Notes under the pieces: model-generated | What the model saw: only the letters and a program-made list of their open reading frames with translations | Told to the model about the DNA's origin: nothing | Databases searched by the model: none | Source of the DNA: a virus | Length of the DNA stretch: 18,588 nucleotides | IMG/VR virus record: IMGVR_UViG_3300045988_079303 | Span: 1 to 18,588 of that record | Reading direction: 5' to 3' (one strand) | In this document: piece after piece, positions 7,121 to 15,124 of the stretch | Layout: every line of letters begins with the position of its first letter | How positions within the stretch are numbered: the first letter of the stretch is position 1 | Made by a program: the position numbers and the translations under genes

Positions 7121-9247
7121 ATGGACGAGACTAACGCGGATGTCCTGACCGCTGCGCAATGGCCTACCAACACCAAGGTGCAGCTGCTTGAGGTGCCCTG
7201 GGACTCGGCCTATAGGGATGTCGTTGCATGGGAGTCAAAGGGCGAGCGCGACCAATGGCTTGCCGACCATCTGACCGGTTCGTGGTTTGACTCTGGCTTT
7301 CAGACCATCAGGCCCGGTGAGCCAATCGCGGTGCCAGTCCCCTATAGCTCTGCGTATAAGTACAACTACTGTTGTGTGACCAACCCCATGCAGCCGGTGA
7401 CGGACGAGGGGCCACAGCGCACCTATTGCTATTTTATCAATGACGTTACCTATCTTTCCGGCCAGGCCACGCTTCTCACGCTTCAGCTGGACGTCATGAC
7501 CACCTATGCTGGCGAGATGAAGCTGGGAATGTGCTATGTGGAGCGCGGGCACATCGCGATGGCGAATCCCAGCGCAAACACCGGCGACATTACGGGCGAG
7601 CAGCTTAACCGATACTTCACGGTGCCCGAGGGGCTGGACACGGGATCTACTCTTGTGCCGGTGGCCCGCTCGATGTGGCACGCCATTGACACGTCCGATG
7701 GCAAGGGATCGGCCGTCGTGGTGGTGTCCACCATCGACCTCACGCGCGACCCCGGCACGGTTGACAAGCCAAGTTTGCGCACGGCCTCCGGGTCTGATGC
7801 CGAGGGGCTTGTGTCAGGATGCGAGGTCTACGTGATGGAGGGTGGCGCCTTTGGATCGTTCATGGCCACTGGCGCATCCTATCCGTGGCTCATGCAGGGA
7901 ATCGTGAGCATCTACAGCTTTCCGCGAGTCTTCATTGACTCAAACCTTGCTGGCGAGTCAGTAACGCTCTTTGGTGGCAAGGTCTCCGTGTCTGGCACTG
8001 TTACCAAGCTCAACTCAAGCATCGGCGCGGGGGACCCTCGCGCCACGGTGTATGAGTCGGGTAACGTCTACGATCAGCTCGCCAAGGGGCTTGCTGACTC
8101 AAAGGATTTACGCAAGCTCTACTGTTGGCCTTATTCGGTTATCGAGCTATCGAGCTTTGATGGAAACCCCGTGTTCCTCAAGCCAGAGCTTGTGAGCGGT
8201 AACAAGCTGACGATCAACGCTATTTGCTGTGCGCTCATGCCGTTCGCCCGCGTGGGCCTCTACCCGCTCAACTACGCGCGTGTGTCGGGAGACGATCAGG
8301 GATTCACCTTCTCGTTCCCTTATGTGGGCGAATCTGGGGACACGCTCACCAAGACGGGCATCGTGGCAATGGGTGACTTCCTGGACACTGCCGTTTGGCT
8401 TTCCGACTTTCCGCAGTTCTCGATCGTGAACAACAACGCGATCCTATCGATGGCTAACACGGCCAACACCCGCGCCTACAACTACCAAAGCGCGGGATGG
8501 AGCTACACAAAGGGTGGCATGGGTGCGCAGAACGCCGCCGATGTGTCGCGTTACCAGGCTGGGGTTGGTCTTGCGAACGCCACGCAGAGCAACAACGCTA
8601 GTGCACTCAACTCTGCTATCGGTATCGGCGGCAACGTAATTGGCGGCGTGCTGGGCGGTAATATCCTGGGCAGCGTGGTGTCTGGTGCGGCCTCCGGCCT
8701 TCAGGCAGCTAACACCTACATGACCAACGCGGACATAAACCAGCGCAACTACCAGGCCGCTAACGCGGTGACTGACATGAACCTCGCGCTGGCCAACACC
8801 GTTAACCAGGGTGACTACCAAAACGCGATCGCAGGAATCAACGCGCAGGTGCAGGACACCCAGCTTACCCCGCCTTCCACGGTGGGCCAGGCTGGCGGAA
8901 ATGGCTTTAACTGGCGCAACGGCCTTGTTGGACTGTGCATCACCTATAAGACGGTGGCGCCTGGCACACGTGCCCAGCTGGTGAACTACTTCCGCCGCTA
9001 CGGATACGGCGTAAACCGCTACCTTGCGCTTGGAACGCCAAAGTGGATGCTTTGCATGGACCACTTTGCCTATTGGAAGATCAAGGAGACCACGCTCACC
9101 TGTGCCCAGGCCAACGAGAGCGAGCGCCAGGCGATGCGTGGTGTGTTCGAGAAGGGCGTGACGCTCTGGGCACAGCCCGAGTACATCGGCACAACATCGC
9201 TTTTTGCAAACAAGCCTATACTGGACGAGAAGTACAGCTACAAGTAA
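7121..9247 (+). CDS. Tail knob protein (phi29 gp9-like), 708 aa, with an internal glycine-rich hydrophobic loop.
   Basis: AAGGAGGT RBS then ATG at 7121; the upstream part of track ORF 6962..9247 overlaps the capsid gene and is rejected. The C-terminal motifs ...YFRRYGYGVNRYL... and ...GVTLWAQPEYIG... resemble the phi29 gp9 C-terminus (KYGYKINR..., GITLWHTDNIG) as I recall it. The Gly-rich segment SAIGIGGNVIGGVLGGNILGSVVSGAASG (~8611..8712) parallels the membrane-active loop of gp9. Synteny (capsid, knob, portal) agrees. Confidence 0.65.
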   Translation: MDETNADVLTAAQWPTNTKVQLLEVPWDSAYRDVVAWESKGERDQWLADHLTGSWFDSGFQTIRPGEPIAVPVPYSSAYKYNYCCVTNPMQPVTDEGPQRTYCYFINDVTYLSGQATLLTLQLDVMTTYAGEMKLGMCYVERGHIAMANPSANTGDITGEQLNRYFTVPEGLDTGSTLVPVARSMWHAIDTSDGKGSAVVVVSTIDLTRDPGTVDKPSLRTASGSDAEGLVSGCEVYVMEGGAFGSFMATGASYPWLMQGIVSIYSFPRVFIDSNLAGESVTLFGGKVSVSGTVTKLNSSIGAGDPRATVYESGNVYDQLAKGLADSKDLRKLYCWPYSVIELSSFDGNPVFLKPELVSGNKLTINAICCALMPFARVGLYPLNYARVSGDDQGFTFSFPYVGESGDTLTKTGIVAMGDFLDTAVWLSDFPQFSIVNNNAILSMANTANTRAYNYQSAGWSYTKGGMGAQNAADVSRYQAGVGLANATQSNNASALNSAIGIGGNVIGGVLGGNILGSVVSGAASGLQAANTYMTNADINQRNYQAANAVTDMNLALANTVNQGDYQNAIAGINAQVQDTQLTPPSTVGQAGGNGFNWRNGLVGLCITYKTVAPGTRAQLVNYFRRYGYGVNRYLALGTPKWMLCMDHFAYWKIKETTLTCAQANESERQAMRGVFEKGVTLWAQPEYIGTTSLFANKPILDEKYSYK

Positions 9248-9259
9248 GGAGGTGGGCTA

Positions 9260-10261
9260 GTGGCTAGGAAACCAAATTACGCCGGATTCATCCCGCCCGA
9301 GGTGGCGGCGTGGGGCAATCGCTTTGCGATTCGCTGGCAGCAGAGCGCCAAGAACCTTCGAACTTACCACATGTGGTGGCAGCTGTTCTACACTGCCGCT
9401 ACATCTTGTTTCGAGTGGGAGGGACTGCCTGACGAGATCGACACGCGATGGCTTGAGCAGGCGCTCTTCTTCAACGGCTCCGTAGCCATCACAAAGCTTA
9501 GCCCGATGGGATCGCCATTCGAGTATTTTGTGTGCGCCAGCTACTCTGCGCAGGGTATGCCGGATATCTACGGCAACCCGAACACAATCCGCATGGTGTC
9601 GGACAACTCGCGCGTCCAGTGGGTGCGCCATGCAAACCAGTGGGTGGACCCAGACACGAAAAGGCTCATGCCAGCGGACGCCGTCATTTGCTGGGATTCG
9701 CTTCAGCGTCTCCCGCTCTTCGATGCAATCGACCTCATCTGCACGCGACTCGCAGAGATGGACGTGACCATTGACCAGAACGTGCGAGCTCTGCGCGTGC
9801 CATTCATCATCACGGCCCCCGAGGAGGGCAAGAAGAACGCGGAAGGAATGTTCAAGCGCATCGACGCCGGTGAGCCCGCGATCTACATGAACCCCGTTGG
9901 CAGTGTGGTAGGCCTTCAGGTCTACCAGTCCGGCGTTAACTACGTTGTGGACAAGCTGCTCAATGACCAGCTCAAGCTAGTGTCCCAGGGCTACACGCTT
10001 CTCGGCATTGACAACAACGCCGCCGCCGAGAAGAAGGAGCGCGTGCAGACCGCCGAGACGCTGGCCAACAACGAGCAGTTCATGGTGCAGCGCAGGAGCA
10101 GGCTTCAGGCGCGCGCCATGTTCTGCGTCGGGGTGTCTAAGACCTTTGGCAAGGATGTGGCGTGCACATGGGCGATTCCACACCTTGACGAGGATGCCGG
10201 AACGGGCGGTGGCCCTGACTTTGACGATGTGATGGAAGGTGGAACGGATGCTGACATTTAG
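9260..10261 (+). CDS. Portal (head-tail connector) protein, phi29 gp10-like, 333 aa.
   Basis: GTG start at 9260 after AAGGAGGTGGG. The N-terminus MARK...CFEWEGLPDEIDTRWLEQALFFNGSV resembles gp10 MARK...[25 protein letters not shown]. ...YVVDKLLNDQ...GIDNNAAAEKKERVQTAE... resembles gp10 ...YVVDKLNAQ...GIKNANLEKKERMVTDE.... Confidence 0.8.
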   Translation: MARKPNYAGFIPPEVAAWGNRFAIRWQQSAKNLRTYHMWWQLFYTAATSCFEWEGLPDEIDTRWLEQALFFNGSVAITKLSPMGSPFEYFVCASYSAQGMPDIYGNPNTIRMVSDNSRVQWVRHANQWVDPDTKRLMPADAVICWDSLQRLPLFDAIDLICTRLAEMDVTIDQNVRALRVPFIITAPEEGKKNAEGMFKRIDAGEPAIYMNPVGSVVGLQVYQSGVNYVVDKLLNDQLKLVSQGYTLLGIDNNAAAEKKERVQTAETLANNEQFMVQRRSRLQARAMFCVGVSKTFGKDVACTWAIPHLDEDAGTGGGPDFDDVMEGGTDADI

Positions 10262-10922
10262 CGACATCGACCGGCTTTGGAGCACGGAACAGGACTTCAC
10301 GCTCGATGACATCGTGACCGCCTTTGGCCTGAGCCTTGGGCTTGCTGACTACCCCATCTTCGATGAGACGTATAGGCCGGTGCTAAATGGCAGGATCTTT
10401 GATCACTTCCAGTTTCGCAAGCCCGCGAGTGACACGCCGCAGATGTTCGTCTTCTACCTAAATAGGCGTATGCGCGAACGGATGCCCACCTATAACGCGA
10501 TCTACAAGAAGCTCCTTGACGGCGAGCTGGACCCGTTCGCCACCAGCGACAGCAAGGCCTTTGGCACGAGCAAGGACGTGAGCGACACCACGAGCAACGC
10601 CAAGGGCACCGGTTCTGAGACGAGCGACGCCAAGACGATTCTATCCAACACCCCGGCGAGCTACCTTCAGAATGCCGAGGAACCCCGGTACATGTCGCAG
10701 CTCACGCACAACATCGCAGGGGGCAACAACTCCACGACTTCTGACGAGACAAGCAACGCGACTGGCACGCGTGATTATGTTGATCGTGTCGTGGGGCGTG
10801 CCGGTTACCTTGGAGACTCCGTGACGAGCGCCCTTGTTACCGGCTTCATGGACACGGACCGCCTCGTCTGCGAGATGCTCGAACCCCTGTTCCTACAGTT
10901 CTGGGACGATCAACCCCTTTAA
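10248..10922 (+). CDS. Structural protein, 224 aa, with a Ser/Thr-rich low-complexity segment. It may be a lower-collar or tail-tube equivalent (gp11 position).
   Basis: ATG at 10248 after GGAAGGTGG. Track ORF 10239 begins at a GTG 9 nt upstream. The assignment rests on synteny only. Confidence 0.4.
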   Translation: MLTFSDIDRLWSTEQDFTLDDIVTAFGLSLGLADYPIFDETYRPVLNGRIFDHFQFRKPASDTPQMFVFYLNRRMRERMPTYNAIYKKLLDGELDPFATSDSKAFGTSKDVSDTTSNAKGTGSETSDAKTILSNTPASYLQNAEEPRYMSQLTHNIAGGNNSTTSDETSNATGTRDYVDRVVGRAGYLGDSVTSALVTGFMDTDRLVCEMLEPLFLQFWDDQPL

Positions 10923-10931
10923 GGAGGACGC

Positions 10932-11669
10932 ATGTATAACAACGCCACGACCGGCTTTCACAGCTGGATCCCCAACATGCCTGGTTACAGCGACTTCAAG
11001 ACAAAGCAGTTTGAGGACATGCGCACGCCCGAGCAGCAAATTTGGTGGCTTTACGCGCACATGAACGAACTTCCCGACATGGGAAACTATGACGATATCC
11101 TCGATAGGCTCAACAATCTTGAGCGCGAGGTGAGCAAGCTTTGGGCAGCTCTCGAGGACTTGATGCGCCGCATGGGCGAGCTTGAACAGAAGTTTGACGC
11201 CCTCGCGCAAAACGGAATGGACTATGACGTTACCAAGGGCTGCTATGCTCCCACCATGCCCGCACAGCGCAGAATGTGGCAGGCCCAGATGTTTGAGGGC
11301 ATGAGCGTCGAGGACTTCTCGCAATTCACCGTTACCCAGGCTGGTAACATGAACGTTCGCCATATTGCGGTTGATGGCCGAACCGAATATATGGGCGTGG
11401 GCGATGCCAAGCCGGGCATTCCATGGCAGGAGGGATGGACTGAGCCTAACTTTACGCCTAACGCCTACGTGCGCAAGGACGAGCTTACGCTTATTGACAC
11501 GGACAACCTTGCAGACCATACCATTATGGGCGTGCTCAAGAAGGTTGCCGACACGCGCTGCCCCAAGCCCGCGCCTTACCTTCGCAAGGGCACGACCACA
11601 GACCTCAAGTATCTGCTTGTTCGGTCTGACGATGCGCTTTACACGACCGACCCGACTGAGAGGGGCTAA
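10932..11669 (+). CDS. Hypothetical structural protein, 245 aa, with a central coiled-coil-like region (LDRLNNLEREVSKLWAALEDLMRRMGELEQKFDALAQ). It may be an appendage or fibre component.
   Basis: AAGGAGGA RBS then ATG at 10932. It lies within the tail gene block. Confidence 0.5.
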   Translation: MYNNATTGFHSWIPNMPGYSDFKTKQFEDMRTPEQQIWWLYAHMNELPDMGNYDDILDRLNNLEREVSKLWAALEDLMRRMGELEQKFDALAQNGMDYDVTKGCYAPTMPAQRRMWQAQMFEGMSVEDFSQFTVTQAGNMNVRHIAVDGRTEYMGVGDAKPGIPWQEGWTEPNFTPNAYVRKDELTLIDTDNLADHTIMGVLKKVADTRCPKPAPYLRKGTTTDLKYLLVRSDDALYTTDPTERG

Positions 11670-11671
11670 GT

Positions 11672-11797
11672 ATGGAATTCATTGCATACCAAGTGATGCT
11701 AGCGTGCGCTACCATCCTTATGATTATGGGGACTATTAGGCTTACCTATGCATTTGTATGCGCAACTCGTGATTTTATGGGGAGGACAAATGATTGA
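11672..11797 (+). CDS. Unannotated 41-aa micro-ORF encoding a single-pass hydrophobic peptide (MEFIAYQVMLACATILMIMGTIRLTYAFVCATRDFMGRTND).
   Basis: It is below the size cut-off of the ORF track. ATG at 11672 follows GAGAGGGG (RBS-like). Its stop overlaps the ATG of the next gene (aaATGAttga). It is low-GC like that gene. Confidence 0.35.
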   Translation: MEFIAYQVMLACATILMIMGTIRLTYAFVCATRDFMGRTND

Positions 11798-12371
11798 GCT
11801 TACCAACATTAAGGCAACTGACACCGTGGGGCAGCTGCGAGGGCAGATTAACACGATGCAGAACGAGATTATGGCCGACCAACCTATGATTGGCGCATGC
11901 ATTAACCCAAGCGTTGACTTGTACAATAGAAACACGCTTGTTTCCTCCGTAACAGCTCAAAACGTCACAAACTATCTAAACGCGGTAATCCTTCCTGAGA
12001 ATAATGGCTGCTTTGTACTGGGCTTTACAGGGGTAATTCAGTTTAGAAGCCTGGCTACTGAAGCCCCTGTAGTTGACAGAATTAGCATTGACATTCCGGC
12101 AATTAAAGCAGTCAACGCGAGCGCTTCTTACACGAGCTTTCTTACGCCTGACCATCTAGGGCTTAAACACCAGGTTGTGGGCACCGAATACTTCAGATAT
12201 ATAAATTGCCAGTATCGGCATGTAACAGAAACAGGCCAGGCAACAGTGCCGCTATATGTGGCGTACATAAACACTAGCAAGAACTCACCTGGAACACTAA
12301 ACATCGAGCTTCTTTTTGATAAAGGTAACCTAGACTTTACCAATGGCGCGGCTGGATTTATTGCATTCTAA
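11790..12371 (+). CDS. Hypothetical beta-rich protein, 193 aa, in a low-GC island. It may be a receptor-binding or fibre-tip protein.
   Basis: GGGGAGGA RBS then ATG at 11790, in frame within track ORF 11748..12371. GC is about 43 % against ~60 % in flanking genes, with AT-ending codon preference. Confidence 0.5.
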   Translation: MIELTNIKATDTVGQLRGQINTMQNEIMADQPMIGACINPSVDLYNRNTLVSSVTAQNVTNYLNAVILPENNGCFVLGFTGVIQFRSLATEAPVVDRISIDIPAIKAVNASASYTSFLTPDHLGLKHQVVGTEYFRYINCQYRHVTETGQATVPLYVAYINTSKNSPGTLNIELLFDKGNLDFTNGAAGFIAF

Positions 12372-12382
12372 GGAGGTATCAA

Positions 12383-13045
12383 ATGGCCGAGACACCATAC
12401 AAAGGCTATGCGCTCTATGAGCCTGACGCAAGCCCAGACCTAACCGAGAGCGGCAAATATAACACCGCGCTTATGGCTGTGGACGCCGACATGCACGATG
12501 AGGAGCAGGCACGCATCGAGGGCGATACGGCCCTAGGCAAGCGCATTGACAATGCCGAGGTTGAAATTAGCGCCAACAGTGCAGACCTCACGGGCATTAA
12601 GGGCCTTACTTACGGCGATACGCACGTTAATTTTCTTGAGAACAGTAACGGTGAATATTCAAGCCCGGCCCTTGAGGAGATAGCAGAACAGGTTGACGAG
12701 CTGAAGGCGGTTCCCCCTTACACACTTCCGGTTGCCTCGTCTAATACCTTGGGCGGCGTCAAAATCCCGAGTGGCGCCGAAATTGGCATTAATGACGATG
12801 GAGCTATATTCCTCGCAAAGAACATCCCCGATAAAATACAGGTACAGCACAGACCAGGGAGTACCGGCCCAACTGATTACGTTGACCTTAGCCTAGAAAC
12901 AGGCGCTCTTGAGTTTGAGGGGGCCGCATTCAGTCTCAAGGCGGGTGACTACGGCTCTGCAATTGTCGGCCTTAATCTACCTAACTCTGGAATCACGGCT
13001 AACACCACATGGGGTGAGATTGAATCGGCAGCAACCCAGTCATAG
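12383..13045 (+). CDS. Hypothetical fibre-like protein, 220 aa. Its N-terminal motif (YALYEPD...YNTALMAVD) is shared with the next two genes.
   Basis: AAGGAGGT RBS then ATG at 12383. Composition is mosaic, with a high-GC 5' end and a lower-GC 3' part. It is followed by a terminator. Confidence 0.5.
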   Translation: MAETPYKGYALYEPDASPDLTESGKYNTALMAVDADMHDEEQARIEGDTALGKRIDNAEVEISANSADLTGIKGLTYGDTHVNFLENSNGEYSSPALEEIAEQVDELKAVPPYTLPVASSNTLGGVKIPSGAEIGINDDGAIFLAKNIPDKIQVQHRPGSTGPTDYVDLSLETGALEFEGAAFSLKAGDYGSAIVGLNLPNSGITANTTWGEIESAATQS

Positions 13046-13130
13046 CGTATGCTATACTTTTCTTGCGGCACGCCTAGCGCTTAATCCGCCACGGCCGTCT
13101 AAGGCGCGAATCCTGCCGCAATGCTAAGAT

Positions 13131-13166
13131 TGACCCGTACCCGCACGTGGGTGCGGGTCATTTTCA
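13131..13166 (+). terminator. Rho-independent terminator. Stem cccgcac / gtgcggg (loop gtgg), with outer tga/tca pairs, then ttttcat.
   Basis: Hairpin at 13131..13160 followed by TTTT, in the 130-nt gap after the 220-aa gene. An upstream inverted repeat ttgcggca...tgccgcaa (13063..13120) flanks it. Confidence 0.55.
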
Positions 13167-13178
13167 TAAGGAGGCACC

Positions 13179-13415
13179 ATGAGATACACGGACAATTATC
13201 ATTTCGACCTTTACGAGCCTGATGATAACGCCAACTTGCTGGATGGCTACAATCACACCATTTCGGGCATTGACGCTGTTTTGCAGCAGTTTTCAGCGCT
13301 GATTCAGACGCAGAGCAACGCAATCAAAGCTTACGACACGCGAATCACGGCGCTTGAGACTGCGTGCGCAGACGTAGAGAAGCGCATTGCCGCGCTTGAG
13401 GCCAAGCACCAGTAG
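13179..13415 (+). CDS. Small coiled-coil protein, 78 aa (MRYTDNYHFDLYEPDDNANLLDGYNHTISGID...), paralogous at its N-terminus to the 12383 and 13427 gene products.
   Basis: AAGGAGG RBS then ATG at 13179. The C-terminal part is heptad-like (ITALETACADVEKRIAALEAKHQ). Confidence 0.5.
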   Translation: MRYTDNYHFDLYEPDDNANLLDGYNHTISGIDAVLQQFSALIQTQSNAIKAYDTRITALETACADVEKRIAALEAKHQ

Positions 13416-13426
13416 GGGAGGTTGTT

Positions 13427-13957
13427 ATGGCAAACAGACCTACTACCCTGCATTACGGCATTGCCAAATATGGACCGCAGGGTACCGCCGACCCGATGGA
13501 CGTTTACCGCGTCTACAATGAGGCCATGGAGACAATTGACCGAATCCTCTTCGACCTTCAGGGGCAGATCGCAACCAACAAGAAGGCCATCGAGGACCTC
13601 GACGCCAAGGTCGAGCGCTATAACAATACCCTGAACACGCGCGTTGACAACCTCGATGCCAAGGTCGAGCAGTACCACCAGGAATTCAAGGACTTCAAGG
13701 CGACCACTGAGCAGAAGTTCACCCAGGTTGATAACCACTTTACGCAGCTTGACGGCAAGACTGACAATATCTGGACGGCCATTGCTAACATTCTCAACAA
13801 GATTCAGGGCGGCGGCACGGCCAACAAGGACACGGGCGTTATAAGTTGGGGTGACGGCACGGGGAAGATCGCGCTTGGCACCATCAATCTCAACAGCGGC
13901 AGCGGCTACATTCGCACGCACGATGGCACGCTCGACAATGACCTCAAGGCGGTGTAA
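13427..13957 (+). CDS. Fibre-like coiled-coil protein, 176 aa, with internal repeats (DLDAKVERYNNTLNTRVDNLDAKVEQYHQEF).
   Basis: GGGGAGG RBS then ATG at 13427. The N-terminus ...VYNEAMETID... shares the Y-N-x3-x-x-[VI]-D motif with the two preceding proteins. Confidence 0.5.
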   Translation: MANRPTTLHYGIAKYGPQGTADPMDVYRVYNEAMETIDRILFDLQGQIATNKKAIEDLDAKVERYNNTLNTRVDNLDAKVEQYHQEFKDFKATTEQKFTQVDNHFTQLDGKTDNIWTAIANILNKIQGGGTANKDTGVISWGDGTGKIALGTINLNSGSGYIRTHDGTLDNDLKAV

Positions 13958-13959
13958 CG

Positions 13960-14688
13960 ATGGCTGAGCTTGTGCAAGAGCTCTCCGTCCCCGTTAGAGA
14001 GGACGCGGGCGGCGATTACGGAACACCCACAAGCTTTGGCCTTCCAGGCTACGGCACGGGACATGCCAAGTACTGCAACACCAACTATACGATTGGCATA
14101 CGCGTATACGATGATTTGAGCGTGCAAGCCTGCATAAACGGATCGTTTACGAGTAACGTGCTCAAGGCTGACTACCCGGTTGCCTTTGTACTCAACCCGT
14201 CTAACTTCCGATTTGCGCTGAGCGGTAGCAATCTGACGTACCCGACCACAGCAACGCTAATGGGCAGCGCAGACATTGACGTTGATTCGGGTGGCAGCGG
14301 CACCGGAGAGACGGCAGAGTTTGTCTGGAATCTTGATAGCGGCTGGAAAAGCGTTGGGCACCTTTATGATTTTGGCGCGTCTGACACGGGCCTAGACGGC
14401 TATCTTTGGGTTGGCGGCACTGGCACATATACGCTTACTGACCCCGTATACCCCGTGCCCGTGCGAATTACTGTCCCGGGTTTCCTCAAATACCTAGGAT
14501 ATTACCCATGGGCACGCTATGGGGATGGCAAGTACAAGAGTTGCAACAGGGACGGCGGCTCTCTCATGCAGGTTCGCGGCGGTGCCTACGCTGACGTCCG
14601 CAACTCGGAGCGCGACCACAGCGTGGATAGGGCCTTTTACTACGGGGGCGGCGAATGGAACAGTTGTCTGGAGATTGGGGCAAAGTAA
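13960..14688 (+). CDS. G/Y/T/D-rich beta-type protein, 242 aa. It may be the distal receptor-binding or carbohydrate-binding domain of a fibre.
   Basis: ATG at 13960, only 2 nt after the previous stop, with a weak RBS. The composition is typical of receptor-binding beta-sandwich or beta-helix domains. Confidence 0.45.
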   Translation: MAELVQELSVPVREDAGGDYGTPTSFGLPGYGTGHAKYCNTNYTIGIRVYDDLSVQACINGSFTSNVLKADYPVAFVLNPSNFRFALSGSNLTYPTTATLMGSADIDVDSGGSGTGETAEFVWNLDSGWKSVGHLYDFGASDTGLDGYLWVGGTGTYTLTDPVYPVPVRITVPGFLKYLGYYPWARYGDGKYKSCNRDGGSLMQVRGGAYADVRNSERDHSVDRAFYYGGGEWNSCLEIGAK

Positions 14689-15047
14689 TGATCGAGCTTA
14701 ATGAACCGCAGGAGTGGGCGCTCGCCATTGTCGGCGCGGTAATGATCATTGACGTGGTAAGCGGACTTGTTAAGGCGTTTGCCAAGAAGTGCTACGATTC
14801 GGCAAAGATGCGCATTGGGCTCGTGCACAAGTTCACTGAGCTTGTTATCGTGGGCCTTGCGTTCGTGCTCGAGCTTGCGTGCGAACATATCGCAGGCCTT
14901 CCCTTCAGTGGCGTTACCGTTGTGCTTACCTGCACATACATCATCATCATGGAGGTTGGCAGCATCATGGAGAACCTTATTGCCGCCTACCCAGAGCTTG
15001 CAAACACCCCGCTTGCCAAGCTTTTTGCCGAGCACAAGGAGGACTAA
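14688..15047 (+). CDS. Holin, 119 aa, with three predicted transmembrane helices. It resembles the phage_holin_4_1 / phi29 gp14 type.
   Basis: ATG at 14688 overlaps the upstream stop (taATG), in frame within track ORF 14655..15047. The hydrophobic stretches are WALAIVGAVMIIDVVSGLV, LVIVGLAFVLELACEHIAGL and VTVVLTCTYIIIMEVGSIM, followed by a charged C-terminus. It lies immediately upstream of the endolysin. Confidence 0.7.
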   Translation: MIELNEPQEWALAIVGAVMIIDVVSGLVKAFAKKCYDSAKMRIGLVHKFTELVIVGLAFVLELACEHIAGLPFSGVTVVLTCTYIIIMEVGSIMENLIAAYPELANTPLAKLFAEHKED

Positions 15048-15124
15048 CGTGGTTGACGATGACGAGAAGAAACTAATTGAGTCTCAGGACTCCCAGGATG
15101 AACCAGACGTGGAGGAGGTCAAGG

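Noticed and set aside
9528-9774. Two overlapping ~80-aa + strand ORFs inside the portal gene.
   Set aside because: They are alternative frames of a well-supported gene, have no RBS, and encode Arg/Pro/Ser-rich low-complexity products.
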